Assembly (NCBI GenBank): GCA_012523085.1
Contig: JAAYJC010000038.1
Coordinates: 62 to 64,061, forward strand
DNA from: Clostridiales bacterium
GTDB lineage: Bacteria > Bacillota > Clostridia > Oscillospirales > Oscillospiraceae
Length of the DNA: 64,000 nt
Direction of reading: 5' to 3'
Part shown: piece after piece, positions 9,320-17,638 of the stretch
Position numbering within the stretch: the first letter of the stretch is position 1
How the letters are laid out: every line of letters begins with the position of its first letter
Translations under genes and position numbers: made by a program
Notes under the pieces: generated by a model
What the model was told of the DNA's origin: nothing
What the model saw: the letters and a program-made list of their open reading frames with translations, nothing else
The model's database searches: none

Positions 9320-10305
9320 GTTAAGTACCGCTCCGTTATTTCCGCGGCTGCGTTCCCGAACGTTTTGATCAGGCTTTCGGGCGACAGTATTCTGACCTTG
9401 CCGCCGAATCCGAACAACCAGCCGAGAAACATCGGGCTGATATTAACGCTGACATTGATCACGAAGCTGTTTTCGTCCTTCTTAAAAATGGTTACATTTT
9501 TGCCGAAACGGTCAAGCACCACGCCGATTAACGAATTATCAAACTGCAATGTGATACGCTCCTCGACGCCGCTGTACATACCGAAGACTTTCTTGGCGTA
9601 ATCCGCCGGATCAAAGTCCAGGTTGTCGTCCGGCGCCGCCGCTTTTTCTTCAAGAATATCAATATTCTCCATCTTGTCGACTCTGAAATTTGACAGGCTG
9701 CCGTATTTTTCATAATACGCCGTCATATAGTAGTTTTCATCGTCCCAGGACAGGGCATAGGGCGAAGCTTTGTACTTCGCGCCGTCCTGCCGGTACTGTT
9801 TTTCTTTTTTCAGATTGTAATCAAAATATAAAAACGAGATCTGCCGACCCTGTGCGATCGCCTGATGTATGGTATCCACATTGTAATAAATCTGCTCGTT
9901 CGCCGTCTTGACCCTGCCGCGCACATAGACCTGCCGCCTTAACTGCTTTGCTTCATGCACGCTGGCAAGGCTTTCGATCTTTTTGATCAGCATGCCCGAT
10001 TTCTTTTCGGAGATGAATTTGGCGGAGGCCACGGCATCGCAAAGCAGCTTAAGCTCCGGCAGCTCAAAGGTCTTGCTGCCGACATAATAGGTGTTCGTTT
10101 TGCTTTTAACATAAACAATGTCGAGCCCGAAAACCGATAATGCGTTGAGATCATCGTATATGGTCTTTCGCTCCGCTGAGATGCCGAAACGCGATAGCGC
10201 CGTTATCATATCGGATATGGTCATCGGATGCGCCTCATCCGTATTTTCCAGCAATATTTTTTGAAGGTAGAGGAGCTTTAGTTTTTGCTTGTGGGATTTC
10301 GCCAT
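9316..10305 (-). CDS. WYL-domain transcriptional regulator (N-terminal wHTH, WYL, C-terminal extension)
   Basis: Start chosen at MAKSHKQKLKLLYLQKILLENTDEAHPMTISDMI (GAGAGGT upstream), which avoids overlap with DUF1653. The wHTH, central WYL-like region and about 330-aa length fit the PafBC/BrxR/CapW-type architecture. Confidence 0.75.
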   Translation of the reverse strand: MAKSHKQKLKLLYLQKILLENTDEAHPMTISDMITALSRFGISAERKTIYDDLNALSVFGLDIVYVKSKTNTYYVGSKTFELPELKLLCDAVASAKFISEKKSGMLIKKIESLASVHEAKQLRRQVYVRGRVKTANEQIYYNVDTIHQAIAQGRQISFLYFDYNLKKEKQYRQDGAKYKASPYALSWDDENYYMTAYYEKYGSLSNFRVDKMENIDILEEKAAAPDDNLDFDPADYAKKVFGMYSGVEERITLQFDNSLIGVVLDRFGKNVTIFKKDENSFVINVSVNISPMFLGWLFGFGGKVRILSPESLIKTFGNAAAEITERYLT

Positions 10306-10321
10306 ATAGCTTACCTCTCTT

Positions 10322-10537
10322 TCACTCGCCCAAATATTCAAATCTCCTGAGGGTCTCCCCATCGCGTTCAATGCTCTCGTTCCACATCGAAGCGGGTCTC
10401 ACCCAGATGCCCCGGTCGCCGTAAAGCGCCTGATAGACAACCATTTCGTCCAGCGTTTCCGAATGCCTGGCCAAAAATAGAACCTTGTATTCCTTTCCCT
10501 TGAAATGCCTGTAGCGTCCCGGTTTAATATCGTTCAT
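10322..10537 (-). CDS. DUF1653 family protein
   Basis: 71 aa. MNDIKPGRYRHFKGKEYKVLFLARHSETLDEMVVYQALYGD matches the characteristic DUF1653 pattern (YRHFKG..Y). Confidence 0.7.
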   Translation of the reverse strand: MNDIKPGRYRHFKGKEYKVLFLARHSETLDEMVVYQALYGDRGIWVRPASMWNESIERDGETLRRFEYLGE

Positions 10538-10539
10538 CG

Positions 10540-11523
10540 TCAGAGATCCTCCTTTAAAGCTTTACACCCGATAGAATCACCCGCGTTGGCCTTTCTTGCC
10601 TGTTTATACCGCTCACCGTCCTTCTTTGACAATGTAAATCGCTTTACGCCGTTTACGGTGCAGGCTTCCAGCATGATAAAGCCCTTTCTGATCTGCGGGT
10701 GCCGCAGAATCCGCCCCTCCGGGAGCGGGAGCGTTTTTTTTGCCAAAGCAAGGTAGGAAAATTTTTCATCCTCAAACGGCGCGTCCCCCCGCTTGAGCCG
10801 GCGGTGCAGACTGCTGCGTTGTATTCGGCAGGTAAAATGGCACCAGTCGCCGGACAAAATCGGGCATAAACCGTCATGCGGGCATGGCGCGAGCATATAA
10901 GCACCTCTGTCAAGCAGCGCCGTTCTGATTTTTCGAAGATTTGAAAAACCCTGCGGTGTTCCCGGTTCCACAAACAGTACAAGCTCATTCGTGGCATCAA
11001 AAAGTAAAATAGCCGTTTTGATCTGATGCTCCGGCGCAAGCTCGTTTAACACATAAGACGCGATGACAAGGTCGGCGCTATACATAAAGCTATCGGTTTG
11101 TATATCGTACTTTACCCACTTTATAGGCGAAAGGTCCTCGCCTTTACCGGCCGTCAGCGCTTCGCCCAGCTTAAGGAGAATGTCCTCGCGCTCTAAGCAG
11201 GTGACTTCCCGAAGATTAAGCAGCTCTGAAGCTGCCCAGAAAGCCGCGCCCGTACCCGCGCCCACATCCAGAAGAGAACGCGGTCTGATGTCCGCCAGGG
11301 AAAGCGCATTGGACAGGGAAGAGAAGACCGCGCCGTATGTCGCCGGCATTCGCGATACGCAGTAAGAAAGCGCCTCATCATATGTCGTGATGCGCTTTTG
11401 GCCATGTTTATCTGCCGTCCTGTAGCGCAAGCTCAGCGCCTCGGCGGCGGACAGCAAAGCGCTATGGTCTTTACCGGCAATCTGATTGTCGATTGCCTGA
11501 AGAAGCTTGTCAGGCAGTTCCAT
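10540..11523 (-). CDS. Rsm22-like class I SAM-dependent methyltransferase with a C-terminal Cys cluster
   Basis: LLDVGAGTGAA SAM motif and a C-terminal CPHDGLCP...WCHFTC cluster. Start set at MELPDKLL, directly after repeat copy C, which supplies GGAGG. Confidence 0.65.
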   Translation of the reverse strand: MELPDKLLQAIDNQIAGKDHSALLSAAEALSLRYRTADKHGQKRITTYDEALSYCVSRMPATYGAVFSSLSNALSLADIRPRSLLDVGAGTGAAFWAASELLNLREVTCLEREDILLKLGEALTAGKGEDLSPIKWVKYDIQTDSFMYSADLVIASYVLNELAPEHQIKTAILLFDATNELVLFVEPGTPQGFSNLRKIRTALLDRGAYMLAPCPHDGLCPILSGDWCHFTCRIQRSSLHRRLKRGDAPFEDEKFSYLALAKKTLPLPEGRILRHPQIRKGFIMLEACTVNGVKRFTLSKKDGERYKQARKANAGDSIGCKALKEDL

Positions 11524-11612
11524 AAAACCTCCATTCTGCCGCGAAGCGGCAGCACAACGCGAAAGCCTTTCACGTTGCGAAAGGTTTTTCACAGCGTGAA
11601 TATACTTTCACG
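11524..11612 (-). repeat. Modular intergenic repeat, copy C (three M1-like hairpins plus M3)
   Basis: Minus-strand reading: CGTGAAAGTATATTCACGC, GTGAAAAACCTTTCGC, CGTGAAAGGCTTTCGCG, then TTGTGCTGCCGCTTCGCGGCAGAATGGAGG, TTTT and ATG. Confidence 0.75.
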
Positions 11613-11626
11613 TTTCCTTCGTGCCA

Positions 11627-12208
11627 TCAGCCCGCGGCCTCTCTGAAAACCGGTTGTATGGCCGGGGCGGAGAGAAGCGCTATTGTATCAAGACTACCGG
11701 ACAGCCAGTCTTGCTGTTTTTCCGGCGTCACCAGAACGGGCATCCTGTCGTGGATAAATGCGATTTCCTGTTCCGCGGGTTTTGTCAGAATGACAAAGAG
11801 CGGGATATCGCTGTCTCGCTCGAACCGGTAAAGGCCCGCCAGGTAAATCGGCCCGTTTAGCCCGATTGCGTATTTCTGCTTTACCGTTCCGCGCTTTTCC
11901 CATTCAAAATAACAGCTGGCGGGCATAAGACAGCGGTATTTTATAAACGGCGTTCTAAACATCGGCTTTTCCTGTGCGGTCTCTAAACGCGCGTTGATGA
12001 CTTTTCCTTTCCCGTCAAACCGGGAAAAGCCCCATTGCATCAAAGTATAGGACTTGTTCGTTATAACAGGAGCGATATTGGTCGGGAAAATCTCTCCCGT
12101 TTTCATTTGCGCAAGCGTATCGGTATTCTTGTGTTTGTTCTTGATATGCTCAATGATTCGTTCGATTTCCTCGTCTTGATCGGGATCGACATAATACCGT
12201 CCGCACAT
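11627..12208 (-). CDS. SOS response-associated peptidase (SRAP/YedK/HMCES family)
   Basis: N-terminus M-CGRY with the catalytic Cys directly after the initiator Met. I chose the third ATG so that Cys is residue 2, at good spacing from AAGGG. About 193 aa. Confidence 0.85.
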   Translation of the reverse strand: MCGRYYVDPDQDEEIERIIEHIKNKHKNTDTLAQMKTGEIFPTNIAPVITNKSYTLMQWGFSRFDGKGKVINARLETAQEKPMFRTPFIKYRCLMPASCYFEWEKRGTVKQKYAIGLNGPIYLAGLYRFERDSDIPLFVILTKPAEQEIAFIHDRMPVLVTPEKQQDWLSGSLDTIALLSAPAIQPVFREAAG

Positions 12209-12271
12209 CATCATCACCCTTTACGCAAAATTTAAATTCGGATGACCGGCCCAATAGGATCGATTATCCAA

Positions 12272-12300
12272 ATTGTACTACAGAACATCTGTTTTCACAA
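12272..12300 (-). promoter_or_regulatory. Candidate sigma-A promoter of the SRAP gene (TTGTGA-17-TACAAT) with a LexA/Cheo-like box in the spacer
   Basis: Minus strand reads TTGTGA aaacagatgttctgtag TACAAT. The spacer holds GAAC-N4-GTTT (plus strand 12283-12294), one mismatch from GAAC-N4-GTTC. Confidence 0.35.
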
Positions 12301-12330
12301 GTAAATTGACAGCTAATGCGAAAAACAAAC

Positions 12331-12368
12331 AGCGGGAAAACGAACAGCTTGCCTTTCGTTTTCCCGCT
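12331..12368 (-). terminator. Rho-independent terminator downstream of ytfJ
   Basis: 14-bp stem AGCGGGAAAACGAA / TTCGTTTTCCCGCT with T-rich flanks on both strands. Confidence 0.6.
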
Positions 12369-12386
12369 TTTGTATAAAACTCTTTT

Positions 12387-12813
12387 TCAGCTGCTTTGGT
12401 TAGGCTGGTTCCGGCCGCCGGGCTGGTTTTGTCCGGGCTGGCTTTGACCTTGCCCGGGCTTTATGCCCTGTATGATCTGGGGGATCTTGTCCGCCAGCGA
12501 CCCCGCCGCGGACGCGTTCATCGGCAGCATGGATACGTTCTGACCGTCGATAACGATTACGGCGTCGGTGCAGAGCTTTGCGCCAAGGCCCAGCGCGCCT
12601 GTGGCGGACTTGCCGGATGCGTTTTTGGAAGGTCCGGTTGACATACCCGGCATAGTGCTCATGCCGGCGTTTCCGCCCCCTGATGGAAACGACGGGCAAA
12701 AACGTCTTGTCGCCCTGTGTAACGGGCTTTCCGATGATGCCCTCGTTTTGCGTAAAGTTCTCCAGACTCCGAAACAGGGAATCCACATTGCTATTGAGTG
12801 CCGATTGATCCAT
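12387..12813 (-). pseudogene. ytfJ: Sporulation protein YtfJ (GerW family) interrupted by a +1 frameshift in a G5 run (C5 on the plus strand at 12676-12680)
   Basis: The N-terminal half (MDQSALNSNVDSLFRSLENFTQNEGIIGKPVTQGDKTFLPVVSI) lies in the frame of ORF 12400-12861. The C-terminal half (GGGNAGMS...AVIVIDGQNVSMLPMN...) lies in the frame of ORF 12387-12788. Removing one G joins them into an about 141-aa YtfJ-like protein. Confidence 0.7.
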
Positions 12814-13357
12814 AGCTTTTTCTCCTTTTTTTATGACGATTGCGCCGGTCCGACAGACCAAACGATATCAGGCTGTCGGCGGTCGCGCCGATGTTCAGCT
12901 TGCCGCCGGCATCGATGATGAGATACGCCTCATTAGCCATAAACGCGGGCCATTGCCTGAAATCACCTATATTCATCAACAGCCTTACAAATTCCGCGGC
13001 TCCGCAGGCTATGCCGGACCAAAACGGATCGCCGAATCCATAGCTTAAATTCACATACGTATCCTTCAACTTCAATGCGCTCAAATAGTCGGTTCTTGTC
13101 TTCCGGCGTTTTCTCGGTGTTTTTGAGAAGATTTTAATGCCGAATATAAAGACCGTTAATTTAAGCCTGTGTTTTTCCGTTTCGGCTTCGGCCTTCAAAA
13201 ACGGAGAAAGCCAGCGCATGGATAAAAGCATCTCGCTTGTTACCGTATTGAAGGTAAAGGTGAAAAATAAAGGAATGAATAAAGCCAGAACGGCAAGGAT
13301 AAGCAGCAAAACGATGATAGCAAGCAAAACAATGATAACGGCGTTCATGATGGTCAT
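12791..13357 (-). CDS. DUF2953 (YtfI-like) sporulation membrane protein
   Basis: 188 aa with an N-terminal TM helix. It sits immediately upstream of ytfJ, as in the Bacillus ytfI-ytfJ pair. Confidence 0.65.
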   Translation of the reverse strand: MTIMNAVIIVLLAIIVLLLILAVLALFIPLFFTFTFNTVTSEMLLSMRWLSPFLKAEAETEKHRLKLTVFIFGIKIFSKTPRKRRKTRTDYLSALKLKDTYVNLSYGFGDPFWSGIACGAAEFVRLLMNIGDFRQWPAFMANEAYLIIDAGGKLNIGATADSLISFGLSDRRNRHKKRRKSYGSIGTQ

Positions 13358-13722
13358 GGTATTTACCTCGATATTAGCTTTGCCGTAAAATGCGCTTTCA
13401 TGATGGTTTATTTTACAAAACGACAGTTTGTCACTTTAAGACGATAAGCCCGTAAAGCAATAAGCAATGACGTATAAATTATATGGCAAGGGAAAACGCT
13501 TCACACAAAAAAACGCCGGATAACGGAACGGATGGACAAAATCATCTGCGGGTTTTCCGGGTGCTGAGCAAAACAGACCTTTTGGGCGGGGCGGGGATAG
13601 CTGACAGAGCCGTATATAATCGGTCGGAATATGCAAAATATCTTTAACGGCCTTAAATGTTTTACGAAACACACAGGCATTAAATGAAGATAAAATGGCT
13701 CCGGGAAAGGAAAAAGAAAACT

Positions 13723-16700
13723 ATGTCAAAAAAAATAACTGTTGACGGAAATCAAGCGGCGGCTCTGGCGGCCTATGCCTTTACCGAGGTGGCCGCGATT
13801 TACCCGATTACACCCTCCTCGCCGATGGCCGAAGCCGTGGACGAGTGGTCGGCATCGGGTAAAATGAATCTATTCGGCACGCGTGTCAGGGTAGCCGAGC
13901 TGCAATCGGAGGCCGGCGCCGCCGGCGCCATGCACGGCGCCTTGCAGGCGGGCGCCCTGACGACGACCTTTACAGCGTCTCAGGGGCTTTTGCTGATGAT
14001 TCCGAACCTGTATAAAATGGCCGGCGAGCTCTTGCCCGGCGTTCTGCATGTAACCGCCAGGGCAATCGCAACCCATGCGCTTTCGATCTTCGGCGATCAT
14101 CAGGATGTAATGGCCTGCCGGCAGACGGGCGCTGCGCTTTTATGTTCAAGCAATCCCCAGGAGGCTATGGATCTCGGCTGCGCAGCGCATCTTTCCGCTA
14201 TTCCGGCGCGGCTGCCTTTCATCCATTTTTTCGATGGGTTTCGAACCTCCCATGAGTATAGAAACATCGAGCGGATTGATTATGACGATCTGGCGAAAAT
14301 ACTGGACTGGGCGGCTGTAGAGGCATTCAGAAGCCGTGCGCTATCTCCGAATCATCCGGTGGTGCGAGGTACGGCGCAAAACCCGGATATCTATTTTCAG
14401 GGCCGCGAAGCGCAAAACCGTTTTTATCGGCAGCTTCCGGAGATCGTGAGGCAAATGATGGACAAGCTCTGCACCATAACCGGAAGGGCATACCGGCTTT
14501 TTGATTATTATGGGGACGAGGACGCGGAAAATGTGATTGTCGCGATGGGCTCCGTATGCGACACGATAAAGGAAACGATCGATTATCTCAGGAGTAACGG
14601 CGAAAAGGCGGGACTGGTTCAGGTAAGGCTCTACAGGCCGTTTTCGCGCGAAGATTTTCTGAAAGTTTTGCCGAAATCGGCGCGCCGGATTGCCGTACTG
14701 GACAGGACAAAGGAGCCGGGCGCGCCGGGCGAACCTTTGTATATCGATGTATGCAATGTACTTTTCGGTCGGCAAAACGCGCCTTTGATCACGGGGGGAC
14801 GGTACGGCCTCGGCTCAAAGGACACAACGCCCCCGCAGATTCTGTCCGTGTTTGAAAACCTGAAAAATGACCGGCCGAAAAACGGCTTTACAATCGGAAT
14901 CCATGACAATGTGACCTATACCTCATTAGCACCGGTCACGGCCTACAAGCCCGCGGGCAGCGACACCGTAAACTGCAAATTCTTCGGTCTGGGCTCGGAC
15001 GGAACGGTCGGCGCGAACAAAGCGGCCTGCAAGATCATCGGGGAGCATACCGATTTAAACGTACAGGCGTATTTTTCCTATGACAGCAAAAAATCGGGCG
15101 GTACGACGGTTTCTCATCTGCGTTTCGGAAAACAACCTATCAGCTCGACATATCTCGTTTTAGACGCAGACTATATTGCCTGCCACAACAAATCCTTTTT
15201 AAACAGCCTCGATCTGATTGAAGGTCTAAAACCGGGCGGCATTTTTGTACTCAGCTGTGATTATTCTCCCGAGGAGCTGTCAGAACGTCTGCCCGCAAAA
15301 ATGAAACGCTATATGGCGGAGAACGGTATCCGCTTTTTTACCATCGACGCGGAGAAAATTGCCGCCGAAATCGGGCTTGGGAACCGGATCAACATGATTA
15401 TGCAGGCGGCTTTTTTCAGCCTGACCGGTATCATCGCGCAGGACGAAGCGGTGAGGCTATTGAAAGAGTCCGTCCATTTGTCTTATGCCCGTAAAGGAAA
15501 AGACATTGAAGAGATGAATTATAAAGCGATTGACCAGGGTGTGGCGGCGCTGGAACAAATAAATATACCGCAAGACTGGATTAATACGATAGATGAAGTA
15601 GAAACACTTGACAGCGTACCGGACTTTATCAATAACGTGCAAAGGGTGATGGCGCGCAACGAAGGGGACAGGCTGCCGGTCAGCGCGTTTAAAAACGTGG
15701 AAGACGGCACCTTTCCGCTCGGAACAACCGCATATGAAAAGCGCGGTATCGCACCCGCGGTACCGGCCTGGCAGATCGACAACTGCATACAGTGCGCTTT
15801 CTGCGCATATATCTGCCCGCATGCGACAATTCGGTTGTTTTTACTGGACAAAAAAGAAAAAGAAAACGCGCCGGAGGGCTTTTTAACCAAAGACGCCGCA
15901 GGCAAGGGTCTTAATGCCTATCAGCTGCGCGTACAGGTCAGTCCCTTAGACTGCACCGGCTGCGGGAATTGCGCCGATATCTGCCCCTCAAAGGAAAAGG
16001 CGCTGATCATGAAGCCTTTGGAGCGGGAAATTGAGGCGGAAAGCGATAATTGGGAATATGCGATGAAGCTGACGGAAAAGAAAAATACCATGGACAGGTT
16101 TACGGTCAAAGGCAGCCAGTTCAGGCGTCCGCTACTTGAATTCAGCGGAGCCTGTCCGGGTTGCGGAGAAACGCCGTATATCAGGCTTTTAACGCAGCTT
16201 TTCGGTGAACGCATGATGATAGCCAATGCGACGGGCTGCTCATCCATCTGGGGCGCCAGCGCGCCTTCCATCGCATATTCCGTAAACAGCGGCGGAAAAG
16301 GACCGGCCTGGGCAAATTCGCTGTTTGAAGACAATGCGGAATACGGTTTTGGAATGTATCTCGGGGTAAGGCAGATACGAAGCCGTCTGTCCGAGCTGAT
16401 CAGCCGGGCTTTGGTGGAATACAAACTCAATGAAGAACTCAGGCGGCTTTTGCTCAGCTGGCTGGAGAGCGCCGAGGACGGCGAGAAAACGCAGGCTCTT
16501 GCCGGCGAGATTAAAGAAAAGCTTAAAAGCGCTGACCTCTCGACATTCAGCCTGCTCAGGGAGGTTGTAGCCAAAGCGGATTATCTGGAAAAAAGATCGA
16601 TCTGGATGATCGGCGGGGACGGCTGGGCCTATGACATCGGGTTCGGCGGCCTTGATCATGTCCTGTCTACCGGAGCGGATGTGAATTTGTTTGTGATGGA

Positions 16701-17238
16701 TACGGAGGTTTATTCCAATACGGGCGGACAGGCGTCAAAGGCCACCCCGATGGGCGCTGTCGCCAAATTTGCGTATGACGGTAAGGTCACCGGAAAAAAG
16801 GATCTCGGCATGATGGCCATTACCTATAAAAACGTGTATGTCGCGCAGATTGCGATGGGCGCTGATCTTAACCAGACCGTCAAAGCCATGAAAGAAGCAG
16901 AAAGCTATAAGGGCCCCTCGCTGATTATCGCCTACGCTCCCTGCATCAGCCATGGCATAAAAACCGGTATGTCTTCCAGTATTCACGAGGAAAAAAAGGC
17001 GGTCGACGCCGGGTACTGGTATCTTTACCGTTATGATCCGAGGCTAAAAGAAGAGGGGAAGAACCCTTTCCGTCTGGACTCAAAAAAGCCTTCAATGCCA
17101 TACAGGGATTTTCTGGACGGCGAGCTGCGGTATTCGCAGCTGAAGGGCACTCATCCCGAAAAGGCCGAAAAGCTGTTTATTCAAGCCGAGCGCAACGCGG
17201 CTTTGCGTTATGAGTCCTATAAACGCTTATCGGACTGA
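13723..17238 (+). CDS. nifJ: Pyruvate:ferredoxin (flavodoxin) oxidoreductase, single-polypeptide PFOR
   Basis: 1171 aa starting MSKKITVDGNQAAALAAYAFTEVAAIYPITPSSPMAE. Two 4Fe-4S motifs (CIQCAFCAYICP, CTGCGNCADICP) and a TPP-binding GGDGWAYDIG segment. Confidence 0.95.
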   Translation: MSKKITVDGNQAAALAAYAFTEVAAIYPITPSSPMAEAVDEWSASGKMNLFGTRVRVAELQSEAGAAGAMHGALQAGALTTTFTASQGLLLMIPNLYKMAGELLPGVLHVTARAIATHALSIFGDHQDVMACRQTGAALLCSSNPQEAMDLGCAAHLSAIPARLPFIHFFDGFRTSHEYRNIERIDYDDLAKILDWAAVEAFRSRALSPNHPVVRGTAQNPDIYFQGREAQNRFYRQLPEIVRQMMDKLCTITGRAYRLFDYYGDEDAENVIVAMGSVCDTIKETIDYLRSNGEKAGLVQVRLYRPFSREDFLKVLPKSARRIAVLDRTKEPGAPGEPLYIDVCNVLFGRQNAPLITGGRYGLGSKDTTPPQILSVFENLKNDRPKNGFTIGIHDNVTYTSLAPVTAYKPAGSDTVNCKFFGLGSDGTVGANKAACKIIGEHTDLNVQAYFSYDSKKSGGTTVSHLRFGKQPISSTYLVLDADYIACHNKSFLNSLDLIEGLKPGGIFVLSCDYSPEELSERLPAKMKRYMAENGIRFFTIDAEKIAAEIGLGNRINMIMQAAFFSLTGIIAQDEAVRLLKESVHLSYARKGKDIEEMNYKAIDQGVAALEQINIPQDWINTIDEVETLDSVPDFINNVQRVMARNEGDRLPVSAFKNVEDGTFPLGTTAYEKRGIAPAVPAWQIDNCIQCAFCAYICPHATIRLFLLDKKEKENAPEGFLTKDAAGKGLNAYQLRVQVSPLDCTGCGNCADICPSKEKALIMKPLEREIEAESDNWEYAMKLTEKKNTMDRFTVKGSQFRRPLLEFSGACPGCGETPYIRLLTQLFGERMMIANATGCSSIWGASAPSIAYSVNSGGKGPAWANSLFEDNAEYGFGMYLGVRQIRSRLSELISRALVEYKLNEELRRLLLSWLESAEDGEKTQALAGEIKEKLKSADLSTFSLLREVVAKADYLEKRSIWMIGGDGWAYDIGFGGLDHVLSTGADVNLFVMDTEVYSNTGGQASKATPMGAVAKFAYDGKVTGKKDLGMMAITYKNVYVAQIAMGADLNQTVKAMKEAESYKGPSLIIAYAPCISHGIKTGMSSSIHEEKKAVDAGYWYLYRYDPRLKEEGKNPFRLDSKKPSMPYRDFLDGELRYSQLKGTHPEKAEKLFIQAERNAALRYESYKRLSD

Positions 17239-17390
17239 TTATGTTCATCCGGCAGACAAGCAGGCAATAAATCATTATGCGCATTATGGCCATGCGGGCG
17301 CTCAAGTGTCCGTATGGCCATAATATTGCTTTACAATTAATAATAAAAGAAATAAAATATAAAATAATATATGGAATATAGTTACATATA

Positions 17391-17419
17391 TTGCAAAAAT
17401 TTGTTAATTAGTTTATAAT
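17391..17419 (+). promoter_or_regulatory. Candidate sigma-A promoter (TTGCAA-17-TATAAT) about 220 nt upstream of the large surface protein gene
   Basis: TTGCAA at 17391-17396, a 17-nt spacer, TATAAT at 17414-17419, all in an AT-rich tract. Confidence 0.4.
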
Positions 17420-17638
17420 TACCCCATGTGTATAAATGAACTACGGTCGGAACATGACGAAAAGCAGTGACCAAAGACGACGGCTTTCGGTGTGAGATTA
17501 AGGCAGTACCGCATTACTGGTAAAAAAACACAGGGATGGAGGAAAATATTATTATCTTAAACGACTGGTGTAAACTCTGCGTACAGAAACAGGCATCTAC
17601 ATAATATTTGCATACTGGAATTATAGGAGGAGTAAAAA

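Noticed and set aside
11524-11592. In-frame N-terminal extensions of four ORFs across repeat module M3 (track starts 3705, 11592, 31748 and 57614, giving peptides such as LRGRMEI, ASRQNGGF and PLSGRMEVY).
   Set aside because: The extensions are translations of the shared repeat. They fall in different frames in different copies because spacer length varies. The internal ATG after GGAGG is the properly spaced start in each case.
9316-12208. The WYL regulator cluster might be an anti-phage defence island.
   Set aside because: No nuclease, helicase, ATPase, TIR, SIR2, restriction-modification or toxin-like effector is adjacent. The neighbours are housekeeping-type genes (thiN, a methyltransferase, DUF1653, SRAP). 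It is kept only as a possible stress or DNA-damage module.
12400-12861. The two overlapping ORFs (12400-12861 and 12387-12788) might be separate genes or a programmed frameshift product.
   Set aside because: Each frame carries exactly one half of a YtfJ-like protein, and the out-of-frame tails are Arg/Pro-rich nonsense. The junction is a plain G5 run without an obvious slippery heptamer or downstream structure. A simple indel (real or technical) is the economical explanation.
17239-17638. The 400-nt gap between PFOR and the surface-protein gene, including the hairpin ATTATGGCCAT..ATGGCCATAAT (about 17282-17324) and a leader of about 220 nt, might hide a riboswitch or sRNA.
   Set aside because: The hairpin is adequately explained as the PFOR terminator. 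In the leader I could find neither a recognisable riboswitch core nor a terminator or antiterminator pair. It is only noted as a long 5' UTR.
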